DNA from: Octopus vulgaris
Taxonomy: Eukaryota
DNA: 64,000 nucleotides
Assembly (NCBI GenBank): GCA_951406725.2
Contig: OX597824.1
Coordinates: 25,916,001-25,980,000 of the forward strand
Reading direction: 5' to 3'
Position numbers and translations under genes: made by a program. Shown here piece after piece: positions 39,366 to 52,249 of this stretch (position 1 is its first letter; each line of letters begins with the position of its first letter). The notes under the pieces are model-generated. The model saw only the letters and a list, made by a program, of their open reading frames with translations, did not search any database and was not told the origin of the DNA.

Positions 39366-39409
<44 letters not shown>

Positions 39410-39956
39410 CAAACATACATAAACACACACACAGTCAGAAGAAAATACATGTAAAGTATGTTAACATGTATTTTACAAAATAAGAAATACAAAAAAATAA
39501 ATGGAGTTTCCTCTGAATAGAAGATGCTTGCACAACAATATCGCGAATGAAGCATTTCAAGAGGAATTACTTAATATCAAAAGTCAAGGTTTACTCTCAA
39601 CACATACACATTTGAAGTAGCATTTCTTCTTAAGCATTTTTACCAAAATCTAGTTTACTGGTTATATGAAACTGCTTCAAATTTTGGTTGGCACAAGATC
39701 AGAAATTCTAAGCCTGTCATGTCAGTTATATTGACTCCGGTGTTTTGATCCTGAAAGATGAAAGGCAAAGTCGACCTAGGCAGAATTTGAATCCCAAACG
39801 GAAAGCACTAGAAGAAATGCCACTAAACATTTTGCCCGACTCACTAATAATTCTACAAGCTAACAGCCTTAATTTGTTATATAAAATACAAATGCATTAG
39901 TTTTATGGATATCAAATAAGAATGTATTAGGTTCTTTGAAGAACAAGTTGGTCAAC

Positions 39957-40168
39957 CTATTTCTTTTACTACCCACAAGGGGCTAAACACAGAGAGGACA
40001 AACATGGACAGACAAACGGATTAAGTCGATTATATCAACCCCAGTGCGTAACTGGTACTTATTTAATCGACCCCAAAAGGATGAAAGGCAAAGTTGAACT
40101 CAGAACGTAGCGGCTGACGAAATACTGCTAAGCATTTCGGCCGGCGTGCTAACGATTCTGCCAGCTCA
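39957..40168 (-). mobile_element. SINE family B
   Basis: Matches family B in reverse. Confidence 0.85.
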
Positions 40169-41272
40169 ACCACCTGGAGAGAGCAACTTGAGAGACTCTC
40201 TTTCTGGTTGCTTTTTGTGCTAGAAATAAAACCAAAGCCAAATTTTCTATCACTCAGTCACTGATATACAAAAACAAAGATAGTCATGGCTGAAAACAGG
40301 CTAAACAGCAACAATCTCAAATTTCACCCCACCATCTTAAGAAGAAAACATTGTTTAGTGTAGTCCTAGATACATAGTGCTCAAAAAATGAGATAAGATA
40401 GTTATAGCTGGAGCATCTTTGATCATTGGTCTGCTCAGACAGGGCTGATCCACTGTTGACTTGAAGTGAAACAAAAACAACCAACAATTAAAACTGAATA
40501 TTCAAGTGGAGTGTTGTAAAATTTCTAATATCCCTGACGCCTAAGGCAAAGTCTCAAGGATACTAGAAATTAAGAAACACTGAATCAACCTTTTTTTTTA
40601 ACCCTTTAAATGAATTAAAATTTTTAAAAAACTCTTCTTCCTCCCACTTCATCTCTGCCATTGTCACCACCATCAGTATCATTATTATCTGCACCGCTAT
40701 TATTGGTTTGATTATGTTAGAATTAATTAGGCACTTCTAGTCAGTCAAATCTCTTGTGTCATCTCCTTCATCATACTTAACATTTTTGTTACAGAGCGCA
40801 TGCACACACTGCAAATTCTGGACTACATTCAGGTCTAAGTGTGGCCTTGTCATTAAGTTTGCTTCTCAGTCACATGGTTTCAGGTTCAGTCCAACTGTGT
40901 GATACCTTGAACAGGTATAGGAACAAAGATCAAATAGCTGTAAACTGCGAATTTCTATCTCACCGTAGTGAAAGGACAGCCAACAGCAGAATGTATGAGA
41001 AGAGGTAACAACCTCAACAGTGACCCTATAGCAATGGAATCAATTGTGTCCCTGTCTATTTTAATTGAAATATATAGAAGAAAACGGACAAGTTCACATA
41101 AAACTCATGCATGCCATCTGACAGGAAGTTTTTTAATTATTTAAACAAATGTACAGCATTTGGTATATATTCATTAGGAGTTCAAAACACGACAGTCTAT
41201 AATGTTTGTCTGTGGAACGGCAGCGCTGTCCTTGATATAGAAGCTGCCAGTGTTCTCATCCTTATTCTTGCT

Positions 41273-41496
41273 CAGGTCTTCAGCTGAAGACCTGGGTTAC
41301 GACGATCAAGGAGGACCTCTCCGTGCTCACGGGACTGCAGGTGGTCGGCCTGCGCCGATGGAACCGTGACTGGCTCGCTATCTCCAGTGAACTGGCACAG
41401 GACCGTCGTGCATGGACTGCCATGGTTCGAGAATGCCTCGAGGGTGGTAGAAGAAGCCGACTCAACCCGCCCAGGGTGAATGTCGCCACAAGTAAG
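41273..41496 (+). mobile_element. 5'-truncated young RTE-like LINE insertion with 10-bp TSD
   Basis: GC-rich island coding QLKTWVTTIKEDLSVLTGLQVVGLRRWNRDWLAISSELAQDRRAWTAMVR (AQDRxxW end motif of RTE ORF2); caagtaag tail; TATTCTTGCT at 41263-41272 and 41497-41506. Confidence 0.88.
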
Positions 41497-42119
41497 TATT
41501 CTTGCTAGCCTCTACTAACTGCATTTTACGTTTTTAAACACTGGTTGACATATATCTTGCAGTAACAATGAAGCTGATATGACCAATGTCTCGAGTATTC
41601 AGCTACTTTCTCGACATAAGCTCAATCAGCCTACACCCAATGAATCATTCAACCTGTTCCATTCAGTTACGATCTAAAGACGGGAAAAATCACATTGCTA
41701 ACAAGCATTTTTTGACATTTTTAAAAAAAGAGGCCAGACAAAAAGCAACTTCTGAAATATTTGTATTCAGAAACAGCAACGTCATCATGCTTTATTAAGT
41801 ACATTAATATCTCATGATCAATTGACATTGTATAACCCAAAACATGTTCTATTGAAATAATGAAACAGTAAGTTATCGTCGTCATCACTTCAATGTCCAC
41901 TTTCCCATGCTTGTATGGGTCGGACAGTATTTGCTGAGGCAGATTTTCTATGGCCAAATGCTCTTCCTGTCTCCAAGCAATGTAATATTTCCCCCATACC
42001 CAGACATGTTCTTGCAGAATATTGGAAATGAATGACATTCATTTACAATAATCATAGTAATCAAGCCAAGGAGACACAACCACATAAACACTCACATGAC
42101 AAGCTTCCACACAGTTTCT

Positions 42120-42510
42120 TATTTCTTTACTGCCCAGAAGGGGCTACACACAGAGGGGACAAACAAGGACAGACAAACAGATTAAGTCGATTATATTGAC
42201 CCCAGTGCGTAACTGGTACTTATTTAATCGACCCTGAAAGGATGAAAGGCAAAGTCAACCTCAGCGGAATTTGAACTCAGAACGTAGCGGCAGACGAAAT
42301 ACCTATTTCTTTACAAACCACAAGGGGCTAAACACAGAGAAGGCAAAGAAGGACAGACAAACAGATTAAGTCGATTATATCGACCCCAGTGCGTAACGGG
42401 TACTTATTTAATCGACGCCGAAAGGATGAAAGGCAAAGTCGACCTCGGAAGAATTTGAAATCAGAATGTAGTAGCAGACGAAATACCGGTAAGCAGTCCG
42501 CCAGCTCGCT
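42120..42510 (-). mobile_element. Head-to-tail dimer of SINE family B
   Basis: Two consecutive ~185-bp units joined at cagacgaaatacctatttctttac. Confidence 0.85.
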
Positions 42511-43129
42511 ACCTTGCCCGTGCCACTTTCCACACAGTTTCTGTCCACCAAATTCCCTCACAAGATATTGGTTAGCCTGGGGCTATGGTAGAAGACACTT
42601 GACCAGGTGCCACACAATGGGACTGAACTTGAGACCACGTAGTTGCAAAGTGAGCTTCTTAACCACACAAAGCATTAAGTTACTTGTTTGAAGATAAAAT
42701 AAAAATGCAAAATCTTATTTCTAAATAGAATGAATGATTGATAAACAAATACATTATCAATCACAATTATTTGCTAATGGCTACATTTACTAATATAGAG
42801 TTAAGAAATCATTCAGACTAAACAAAATAACAATAGTCAAGTTGTTAGTAGTTCAAACTCAATAGTAATGTTATAATCAAATGAGCTTTTATTGCGATTT
42901 CACTAATTCACACATTTCTCTCAATTTGGTATAATGTATACAGAACTTCTAAAGTGTTTGCCTAACCAAATCTGTCTGAGAAAAGTAGTTGCTCACTACT
43001 TCATAAAATGGATAAATGGTTATCCAAAAAAAAAAAAAAGAAAGAAAGAATATCCCTAATATGGTTGTAGTACAATAATTAAAAACAAAAGAATATTTAC
43101 ACAAAGGCTCTCCTTATTCATGCTAGCCA

Positions 43130-43295
43130 TATAATAATAATGATAATAATAATAACAATAATAATAATAATAATGATGATGATAATAATAATAATAACAA
43201 TAATAATAATAATTTTACCCCGTGTCACTTTGATGGCATGCACTGCTCTCTCACTCAATAATGATGATGATGATGATAATAATGATGACAATAAT
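43130..43295. repeat. (TAA)n/(TGA)n microsatellites with an embedded LINE-tail fragment
   Basis: Directly visible; 43213-43262 matches 24640-24690. Confidence 0.85.
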
Positions 43296-43470
43296 AATCC
43301 TTTCTATTATAGGCACAAGGCTTGAAAGTTGAGGGAAAAGGAACTTGATTATGTCAACTCCCATTACTCAAATGGTACTTATTTTATTGACCCCGAAAGG
43401 ATGAAAGGCAAAGTTGACCTCAGTGGAATTTGAACTCAGAATGTAAAAAATTGCTTAAAATGCTATCAAT

Positions 43471-43603
43471 GCCTTTCATCCTTTCGGCGTCGATTAAATA
43501 AGTACCAGTTACACACTGGGGTCGATATAATCGACTTAATCCATTTGTCTGTCTTTGTTTGTCTCCTCTGTGTTTAGCCCCTTGTGGTTAGTAAAGAAAT
43601 AGG
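43471..43603 (+). mobile_element. 5'-truncated SINE B inserted antisense into an older SINE B variant, 15-bp TSD
   Basis: taaaatgctatcaat at 43456-43470 and 43604-43618. Confidence 0.8.
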
Positions 43604-43859
43604 TAAAATGCTATCAATTCCGCCAGCTCACCACCTCAACAACAATAAAAACAACAATCTTTTTCCATTTCAACTCCAGTCTGGTCAGATGTTTCTCAAG
43701 ACAAGGTACAAGAGTCAGATGGGAGTACACCACCCAGGCAATATATGCATTAGTTATTTCCACCCAACATTTCAGGAACAGCTTCCACTTGGCCCTGGGA
43801 GATTTGGTCTGAACTAGATTCCAAGCACTTTCACTGGGCCCTTAGTTCAGAGGCAGAAA

Positions 43860-45040
43860 TCACCATTGGCCAACATGGGCTCAACTCTCCAAATACCTAT
43901 TCGCAAACCCTCAAACATGTCCCAATTTACATGTAGAACCTGTATTCTTCCAGAATATTGTCAATTAATTCATTATCCAAAGTGTCCAACACCATAAAAT
44001 GATGTCAGCATGTGCTGGATCTCAGCTTTCCTATGATCTGGTTCAAGCAGAATACCCTTAAAACCATCCAAAGCCAAAACATACAGAAGAGGGAAGTAGG
44101 TGGAGGCTTCTTTGATGACTCAAGCATTCAATGCTAAACAGATCTGAGAGGTGGTCATTTAATTTAATCAATGAACAGGTGTTGCTGTACCTTGTGGCGA
44201 TCCAGTCTTTGAAGACAGGAATGAATACAACAGCTGTTAGTGAAGGAATGAATACAACAGCTGTTAGTGAAGGAATGAATACAACCAGGTAGTGAAGTCC
44301 AGTCTGTTGAAGGCTTCGAACTGATCCAAATTAACTAGTGCCCTACCAAAGCCAAATCTATTCCCAACCTGATCTACATTGTATTGCATGATGTAAAGGT
44401 TGTGAATAGATCTGCCAGGGTTTGTGTGGCTCTGACTGTGCTACCAACAAAAAGTGCCAACCTCTTAGTGAGCACCTTTGTCAGAGTCTTTTACTCAGCG
44501 CTGAGCAGAGTTATGGGCCTGAAATTTTCAATCCTGTCTCCTTGTTCAGATCCTTCGCCTGCAATGTCACCCCTCTCCTACTCGCTTGACTGGGAATGCT
44601 CCCAGCCAGTTGCCAGCTGCAGTTTACAACAAGCAAGACAGAAGTAAAGAAGACTGGTTTGTGGAAATATAGCTCAAAAAGCAGACCATCCAATTCCAGC
44701 AACTGGTGCCCCATATAAGCTTACCACATCTTCTACTTCATCAGCAGAAATCAACTTTTTGCAGCAGTCTTCCTAGCTGATAGCTGTGGTAATCCATGAA
44801 GGTTGGCCTCAAAACTTGCTGTCTCAAGAGTGCCGCTCCAGTTTGAGGAAATGCTGCCAGAGAACCACATTGATACAACTGGAATTGGAGAGCATACACT
44901 AGATGTGATCCATATAGACCAAATTCTAGCTCTGTTGCTGTACTGCACCTCTGTGTTCCAGGCCCAATGGGTAGCTTTCATGCCTTCATGTTTCAGCATA
45001 CATTCCCTAGCTCAGATTAAGCAATATTCATGTTTGTTGT
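43860..45040 (-). pseudogene. L1/Tx1-like LINE ORF2 (reverse transcriptase) remnant
   Basis: Minus-strand fragments LELDGLLFELY (PGxDG motif), GSIPSQASRRGV, PITLLSAE*KTLTKVLTKRLA, GFGRALVNLDQFEAFNRLD (DxxKAFD motif), PLLYVLAL. Contains a 27-bp tandem repeat at 44217-44285. Confidence 0.8.
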
Positions 45041-45709
45041 CGTAGTTATTCATGATGATGATGATGATGATAACAACGATGATGATTTTGAGTATGCAAA
45101 AAATAGAAGCAGAATATTTCTACAGTAAAATGGCAATACACAAAAACATGCTCCAGCATCCAAAAAGAAATACAAAGTGATCGAAACTGATACTTGCTAA
45201 ATGGAAGAAACATAATTTTATGAATATATTTGTTGCTATGAGTTTGTTGTTCTAGTAATACAAATCAAATGTAAGTAAATGACAATTTTTGGGGGAAAAA
45301 AATATATTGGCACAGTTTAGAATTAAAAACACTATCTGGTAGACTCTTGGTAGATTAGAAAAATTGATATTTAAACTGGAATCACAAGAGGCCTTTCAAA
45401 ATAGAATAGATGATTAGGAGAAAATTCTTCATTCTTCATGTGTAACACATAACTATGTGCCAAGATGTATTCTGTGGGTGGTACTGGATCAAAGTAAATG
45501 CGAAATTGCTAAATAGCAGACATCAAAGCGAGAGCAGAAATAAATTTGTTTCAGCTTATAACTGAATACAACAAGGAATGGTCTATTGTGAGAGAAAGCT
45601 AAACCGAATGATAAAACAATAGAAACACACAAAAACAAATTAGTGGTAAGTTTGATGTTGTTGATAGAAGACACAAACAGCAGGTATTAGAACTTCCTCT
45701 CTCATTAAT

Positions 45710-46040
45710 ATATAGAGAGAGACATATACAAACATGTACACACATATATATCAATATATACATGTGTGCCTGAGTGTGCATATGTATGTGTATGTCTATG
45801 TATATATATAGATACACACACACATATATATATATATATAATAGATAAATAAATAGATAGATATGAATATATAGATATGTTTAATATATAGGTATGTATA
45901 ATTACCTCTACATATAGACCCATGTATATATACTATATATATACAAACATATATTCCGATATATACACACATAACTAGATGTGTGTGTATATACATAAAT
46001 ACATACATATGCATGTATGTATATATGCATGTATGAATAT
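45710..46040. repeat. Degenerate TA/CA-rich simple repeat
   Basis: Directly visible. Confidence 0.85.
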
Positions 46041-46944
46041 AATTAGTATCCTTTAATGGTCATTTTCCATGCTGGCATGGGTTGCATAATTTGATAGGAG
46101 CTGTCAAGCTGGAGGGCTGCACCGGGCTCCAATTGTCTGTTTTGGCATGGTTTCTACAGCTGGATGCCATTCCTAATGCCAGCCACTTTACAGAGTCTAT
46201 GGGGTGCCTTTTATGCAGCCCCAGCATGGGTGCTTTTTATGTGATATCAGCACACACACACACTATATATATATATATATTTATCCAAGCACACTAATAA
46301 ACATATATAGTCTTGCTTGGAAATGACAAGTTCAAAGGGACATAAGGCCACAGAGAGTAAATGACTCAGATACAAATCTGAGTAGCCAAAGGTTTTATCC
46401 ATAACAAGTCCAACAAAAATGATATATGTGTGTGTATTTTATTACTGTTTCACTGACTGGAGCCATATGGACTGCAACCATGCAGGTGTACTACCGTTAC
46501 AGTCTTTTTGATCATATTGCCACCCTACCAGCACTTATTTACAAGAACCATTAATGTACAGGAATGTCTGTACGATTTGAGGAATTCAGTCCCACTGTGT
46601 GGCACCTAGAAAAGTATCTTCTTCTATACAGCCTTGGGCAAAACAAAGTCCAAAGCTTTGTGAGTGGATTTGGTACACAGAAACTAAAAGAACCCTGTTG
46701 CACATATGTATGCATGTTTTACTATCTCCTTGCCTTGACATCAGGTGATAGTTGTAAACAAATTTTCATGTCATAGAAGTGATGAACTTCAGAAATATTT
46801 TCACTGAATATTGGAAGTGGTCAAGAGGAAGTTTTACTTTACTAGGAAACGGGTGAGAATTGGCAACAGGAAGTGTATCTGGCCGGAGAAAATTTGCCTT
46901 AACAAATTCTGTGCATAGAATTTGTTAAGGCAAATTTTCTCCGA

Positions 46945-47291
46945 CTGAAAAGCTTCCATGGCCAAGCCAATTACTAGATGTGAACTCTATTGAACACCTC
47001 TGGGGCATAATGGACAGGGCACTTCATAAAAAGAAAAACAAAGCATCCTCACAGCCAGATCTTTAGAGATTACTCAATGAAACTTGGCAAGAAATTCATC
47101 AAGAGAATACACTCATCATCTGATCAGTAGCATGCCTAATAGGGTCCTTGCATTGAAAAATGCAAAGGGCATGCCTACTAAATATTCAGATATTCACATG
47201 ATAATAGTTAATAAATAATTTGAATGTATAATTTCTGGTTTATATAAATTTTAATGATTATAAGGTTATTTACTTTTGTCATGTCTGTGTA
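46945..47291 (+). mobile_element. Tc1-like transposon 3' remnant
   Basis: EKLPWPSQLLDVNSIEHLWGIMDRAL...LLNETWQEI...LISSMPNRVLALKNAKGMPTKY (WPSQSPDLNPIEHLW and SMPxR...AKGxxTKY motifs); ends ttacttttgtcatgtctgtg-TA. Confidence 0.85.
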
Positions 47292-47810
47292 CAAGCATGA
47301 AAAAGTGAATGTGATGATGATGATGATAAATCTCTGAATGGGATTTGTAGCTATCTTCTAAGGTGCTGCATTTGAATGGAATCATATTTGTAAACTATCG
47401 ATGATACTCTGCTTTACCAATTTCTAAACAGTATGGTAATCTGATCTAAAGGATGATAAAATCTTTATTGTTGGGTTTATTTTCTTTCCTGCTATTTAAG
47501 AGAGATTATATCATCTATTTTGCTTCTTTGATATCTTTGACATACAGGTGGTATTGGCTGTCAAGGAAATATTTTTCTTCTTCTTCTTCTGATGCTGTCA
47601 GACAAATAATATAGACATACGACTCAAATTATTTCTCTTAGAATAGAAATAATTGCTAATTTCTACTGGATAATATTATTGATATATAATGCCAAAAGAA
47701 AAACAAACAAAAAAAGGATGAAGGTGTCGAGCAAAATAGTTAGAAGCTTAACTGTAATAAGATGTGCATAAGAAAAGAAACATATTTATTGTATAATTTG
47801 CTGTTCAAGG

Positions 47811-48224
47811 TTTACTCTTTTTACTCTTACTTGTTTCAGTCATTTGACTGCGGCCATGCTGGAGCACCGCCTTTAGTCGAGCAAATCGACCCCAGGACTT
47901 ATTCTTTGTAAGCCCAGTACTTATTCTATCGGTATCTTTTGCCGAACCACTAAGTGACGGGGACGTAAACACACCAGCATCAGTTGTCAAGCAATGCTAG
48001 GGGGACAAACACAGACACACAAACATATACACACACACTTATATATATATATACATATATACGACAGGCTTCTTTCAGTTTCCGTCTACCAAATCCACTC
48101 ACAAGGCATTGGTCGGCCCGGGGCTATAGCAGAAGACACTTGCCCAAGATGCCATGCAGTGGGACTGAACCCGGAACCATGTGGTTGGTTAGCAAGCTAA
48201 TTACCACACAGCCACTCCTGCGCC
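47811..48224 (-). mobile_element. SINE family A, full length
   Basis: Reverse complement of the 52054-52465 type. Confidence 0.92.
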
Positions 48225-49169
48225 TATATTCTACATCATTATTTAACTGTGGTAAATACGTTTTCCAATTCTCTGGATGTTCTTTCTTGTAATTGATTGA
48301 GTTATTTTAAAGCTCAGAATGTGTCATGAAGTGGAATCAAATCAATAAATACCAAAGAAAATATTTACAAATAATAATAATAATAATCTCTAAATAGTTC
48401 TCTCTCTCTATTTATTTAGATCTCACAATAACAATGTTGTTGTGTGTAAAACTTATTAGCACAAATAGTGAAATGGTTTGCTCTTATTTTTATTTAATTA
48501 ATTGCTTTGTTTAATATTCAAGCATAATAATTGTCACTTTCAAATAATGATATATTTGATTAGCATAAATATGTTTTCTTTTCAAATATCTTTTAACAAG
48601 CCATATAAATTTATTGTTATTTATAACAATAAATTTCCTTCAATAAAATCTTATTGAAATGGCATAAAATCATTTGCTATTTTTAATCTCTTTAAACCAT
48701 TTAAAAGCCTATTCTCTACATGGCATAATGAGTTTTAACTTTAATTCTAAAGTTGGTTTTTTTTTTTTCTTCTAATTTAAATTACTGTTTTCCTAGTTTT
48801 ATTGAGGATTTTCAATGGGTCTGTTGACTTGTGTGTTATCTATTTTGTTTTAAAACAGATTGAAATTAGTAAAAGTGTGAAATGGTATTGGTAACTTTTA
48901 TTTTTTACTTGCTTCAAATCATTAGACTGCAGCCATGCCTAGAACAATTTTTAGTCAAATGGATCATTTTAAGCATGGTACAAATACAGACACACACACA
49001 AATATATATGAGCTTTTTCATTTTTTGTCAACCAGATCCACTCACAAAATTTTGGTCAGCTATAGTAGAAGACACTTGCCCAAGGTACAATGCAGAGTGA
49101 CCGAACCTAAGACTATGTAGTTGGGAAGCAAGCTTCTTACCACATAGCCAGTCCAAACATTTACCTTGT

Positions 49170-49400
49170 AGTTTATTTTAAAGTATTTCGTTTTGGAATT
49201 TGGTTTGCAAGATTCTTTATATGAGTTCGTGTGTTGAAGCATATTCTGTTGTGTCTTCGAGACTATTGAAAAGGTTGCAAGACGCAACGAAAATTTTAGG
49301 AAAATAAAAATAAGAAATAAGTGGAAATTTTAAAGGTGAGTGTGTTACATTATAAGGCACAAAGAGAAAATGACTCTCCCCAGACACAACAGAATTATTT
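49170..49400. mobile_element. Penelope-like repeat fragment with an inverted partial copy
   Basis: tttggtttgcaagattctttatatgagttcgtgtgttgaagcatattctgttgtgtct is related to 35685-35770 and 60324-60395; inverted agacacaacagaat lies downstream. Penelope assignment is inference. Confidence 0.5.
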
Positions 49401-50124
49401 TAAAGTATTTTCTGGGAAAGAAATTATAACTAGCAGTATTTATTTCCCTACAAAAAAAAACAACATTACATAATAGAAATCTGGATGGAGAATTATATTA
49501 AGTTTTGTGTTTAAAATTGAAATGGTTTAACTTGGCGACCACATGGTTCAAGATTTGAGTTCACTGCTACAGTTGACAAATGCTTTTTGAATGGAATTTT
49601 ATAGATAGATACTATTTTGAAGCCTTTTGTGAATGCATGTGTGTATGGGTGTATGTGTGTGTGTGTAATCACACAGACCCCATCAGTACCTATCAAGATA
49701 TCTAGATATAAAGCCAATTAATATGCAAATACACAAGTTTTCACACATCAATTTGCTTGCGTGTAAAAGATATAGCAGTAAAACAATGAGAACAATAATA
49801 TTTATTCTTTACATTAGCAACAGGCAATAGATTAAGTAGAGGACAGATTACAAGTCGATTGAACTGACACAATCATATTTATATTACTGAAACCAAGAGC
49901 GGGTGAACAGCAAAGTCAATTTTATTGACAACTGAACTAGGAATCACTAAATGCTGTCTAGTATTAAGTCCAAAACTACCGTTTCTGCTCCACCTCCTCA
50001 GCCCTAATAGCAAAAACTAAATAAATAAAATATAAAATGCATAGTGAAAATTACATAAACTGTAAAGGGCCAATTAAATATATCTTTAATGGGTTTTTCT
50101 TGGAGTTAATCCCTTTTCCTACAG

Positions 50125-50166
50125 CTAATTCTGATAATAATTTCTCCAGCAAAATAAATGATGCAG
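50125..50166 (+). CDS. Candidate 42-nt phase-1/1 exon, (A)NSDNNFSSKINDA(G); unverified
   Basis: Acceptor ttaatcccttttcctacag, donor CAG|gtaact, length divisible by 3, one open frame. No homology recognised. Confidence 0.25.
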
Positions 50167-50249
50167 GTAACTTTATTGCTGAGAATCCATGTGTATTATT
50201 ATCATTAACTACTTTGGGAAGATCAATAAAGAAAATACAGAGAAAAAAA

Positions 50250-50295
<46 letters not shown>

Positions 50296-51090
50296 CTTCA
50301 TATATAAAAGAAAAGTAGTCTCCTGCAGCAACTTAAAAACAGTGAAGCCAGATTTTTTTAAGACCATTTAAGGAGCATAATAATTGGTTGGGACCAATAA
50401 CAGGATAAGAATTATAGATTTTGTCTTTATTTAAGAACGACACTTTGAATAATAATAAAAAAAAAAAAATGAGTGTCAGTGAAGGAAAAGAATATGAGAG
50501 ATAAGGAGTAAATAATTCAGTAAAGAGCTTATATCAAATTAGGAAGAGAACTACTTCAAGAGATCTTAATCCCTAATTGTTTTCTTGCCTTATAGCGAAA
50601 TAGGCTATTTAGTTTACGTCACTGTAATTTAATTAACTTAATAATAAACAAGACGCTTAATTGGTTAGGAATATTAAGACTTCTTTGTCAAGGAACAGGA
50701 TTTGATGCAGTGTTGGCCAAATTTAGTGTCAGGCTACATGCATTAATAACAGTATTTCTTTTTTGAGTTACTACATGCTATGTTCAAATTTCAGGATTGA
50801 TAATAAATAATAAAAAAAAACAGTACCAGTGATACAGTGAGGTGGATTGAACTGATAGCAGCAAAATTGGTTTGGTTCCAAGATAAAAGTTGTGTTTTAG
50901 TATCACCGTGACAAAAGCTTAATGCAAATATTAGAAAATAAAATCAAACCCTGAAAGTGCGCACATGTTTATAAATACATGCACATGCCTGTGTGTGTGT
51001 ACGTACGTACGCTTGAAAAATGGAACAGAAATCATTCTGAAAGAGAGGGGAGAGAGAGGGAGGGCAGGAGAGAGAGCAACTAATCATTAA

Positions 51091-51933
51091 CCCTTTAGCA
51101 TTTTGACCAGCCATATCTAAAACTCAAATATTTACCTCCGCCAAGGAAGGAGGTTATGTTTTCATCGGCATTGGTTTGTCCGTCTGTGTGCAAAATAACT
51201 CAAAAAGTTGTGAACAGTATTTGATGAAACTTGCAGGAAAAGTTGGTAAGTACGCAAGGAACAGATGATGAAATTTTGGTAGTAATCCGGGAATTTTTAT
51301 GGATTCTTGAAGGATTTTTCATTTGTTATATTTACTTTACATGAAGTATTACAATGTTACTTCTTTGATTATCTCCCTTGAAAACACATTCATCATTTCC
51401 ACATAACCTATGGTGGCATTGCTGTTTCCAAAGTTTATTTTCGTTTCTCTATTAGTAATTTTACTTGTGTGTGTATCACTCAAGTTTTAGGTAATTGTTT
51501 TGCTTTAATTGTATGGTGAAACTAGCTTGCTGTTGTCATCGATGTATTATAACTGCTTCAGATGATTCCTGTTTTTAAAGGGTCTTTTTTAAATATCATA
51601 TGGCTGTGTTATTTTTTTTTTTACTCCCACCAAGGAGGTTAAGTTTTTGCTGGCGTTGGTTTAGGAAATTGGGCTATTTTCAGCATGTGTGTATATGGGT
51701 GGAAATGAGCTGCTTGGCGGAGGTCTGCGCTCTCCGAGTGCTTTTCTAGTTTACCTGTTATAATGTTAACACTGGCCAGATCTCAGACTTTCATGCCTAC
51801 TCTACAAATATCATTCTAAAAATAAGCAATTGCATCAATGGAATCTGAAAGCTACAAGATATTGCATGATCAATTCAAAACAACGTGAATAAATGAGTAT
51901 TACATTTGATAGAGAAAAATGAATGCTTAAAAG
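51091..51933 (+). mobile_element. TTAA MITE family A split by a HINE insertion
   Basis: TTAA-ccctttagcatt ... aatgcttaaaag-TTAA; MITE sequence resumes at 51751. Confidence 0.8.
51132..51750 (+). mobile_element. Helentron-associated (HINE/DINE-1-like) non-autonomous element
   Basis: Perfect 12-bp subTIRs ACCTCCGCCAAG (51134-45) / CTTGGCGGAGGT (51713-24), gtccgtctgt microsatellite seed, 3' stem gcgctctccgagtgc followed by ttttctagt; T-run insertion site. Confidence 0.85.
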
Positions 51934-52053
51934 TTAAAAGATATCAAAGGAAGTATAGAAGAGAAATATAGATACGCAATGTGAACGCTGTCAATGTAGG
52001 GTACTCTGTATGCTGTCGATGTAGGGTACTCTTAAAAAAAAGACTGAGATACA

Positions 52054-52200
52054 GGCGTAGGAGTGGCTGTGTGGTAAGTAGCTTGCTTACGAACCACATG
52101 GTTCCGGGTTCAGTTCCACTGCGTGGCACCTTGGGCAAGTGTCTTCTACTATAGCCTTGTGAGTGGATTTGGTAGACAGAAACTGAAGAAGCCTGTCGTA

Positions 52201-52249
<49 letters not shown>

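Noticed and set aside
41562-41678. Possible plus-strand terminal exon NNEADMTNVSSIQLLSRHKLNQPTPNESFNLFHSVTI*
   Set aside because: Weak pyrimidine tract, no upstream partner exon, no recognised homology.
44217-44285. 27-bp direct repeats, and spaced repeats in SINE C, superficially CRISPR-like
   Set aside because: Tandem copies without unique spacers, eukaryotic context, no cas genes.
45555-45587. Possible 33-nt plus-strand exon LITEYNKEWSI
   Set aside because: Short acceptor tract and weak donor context (ATT|gtgaga); expected by chance in 64 kb.
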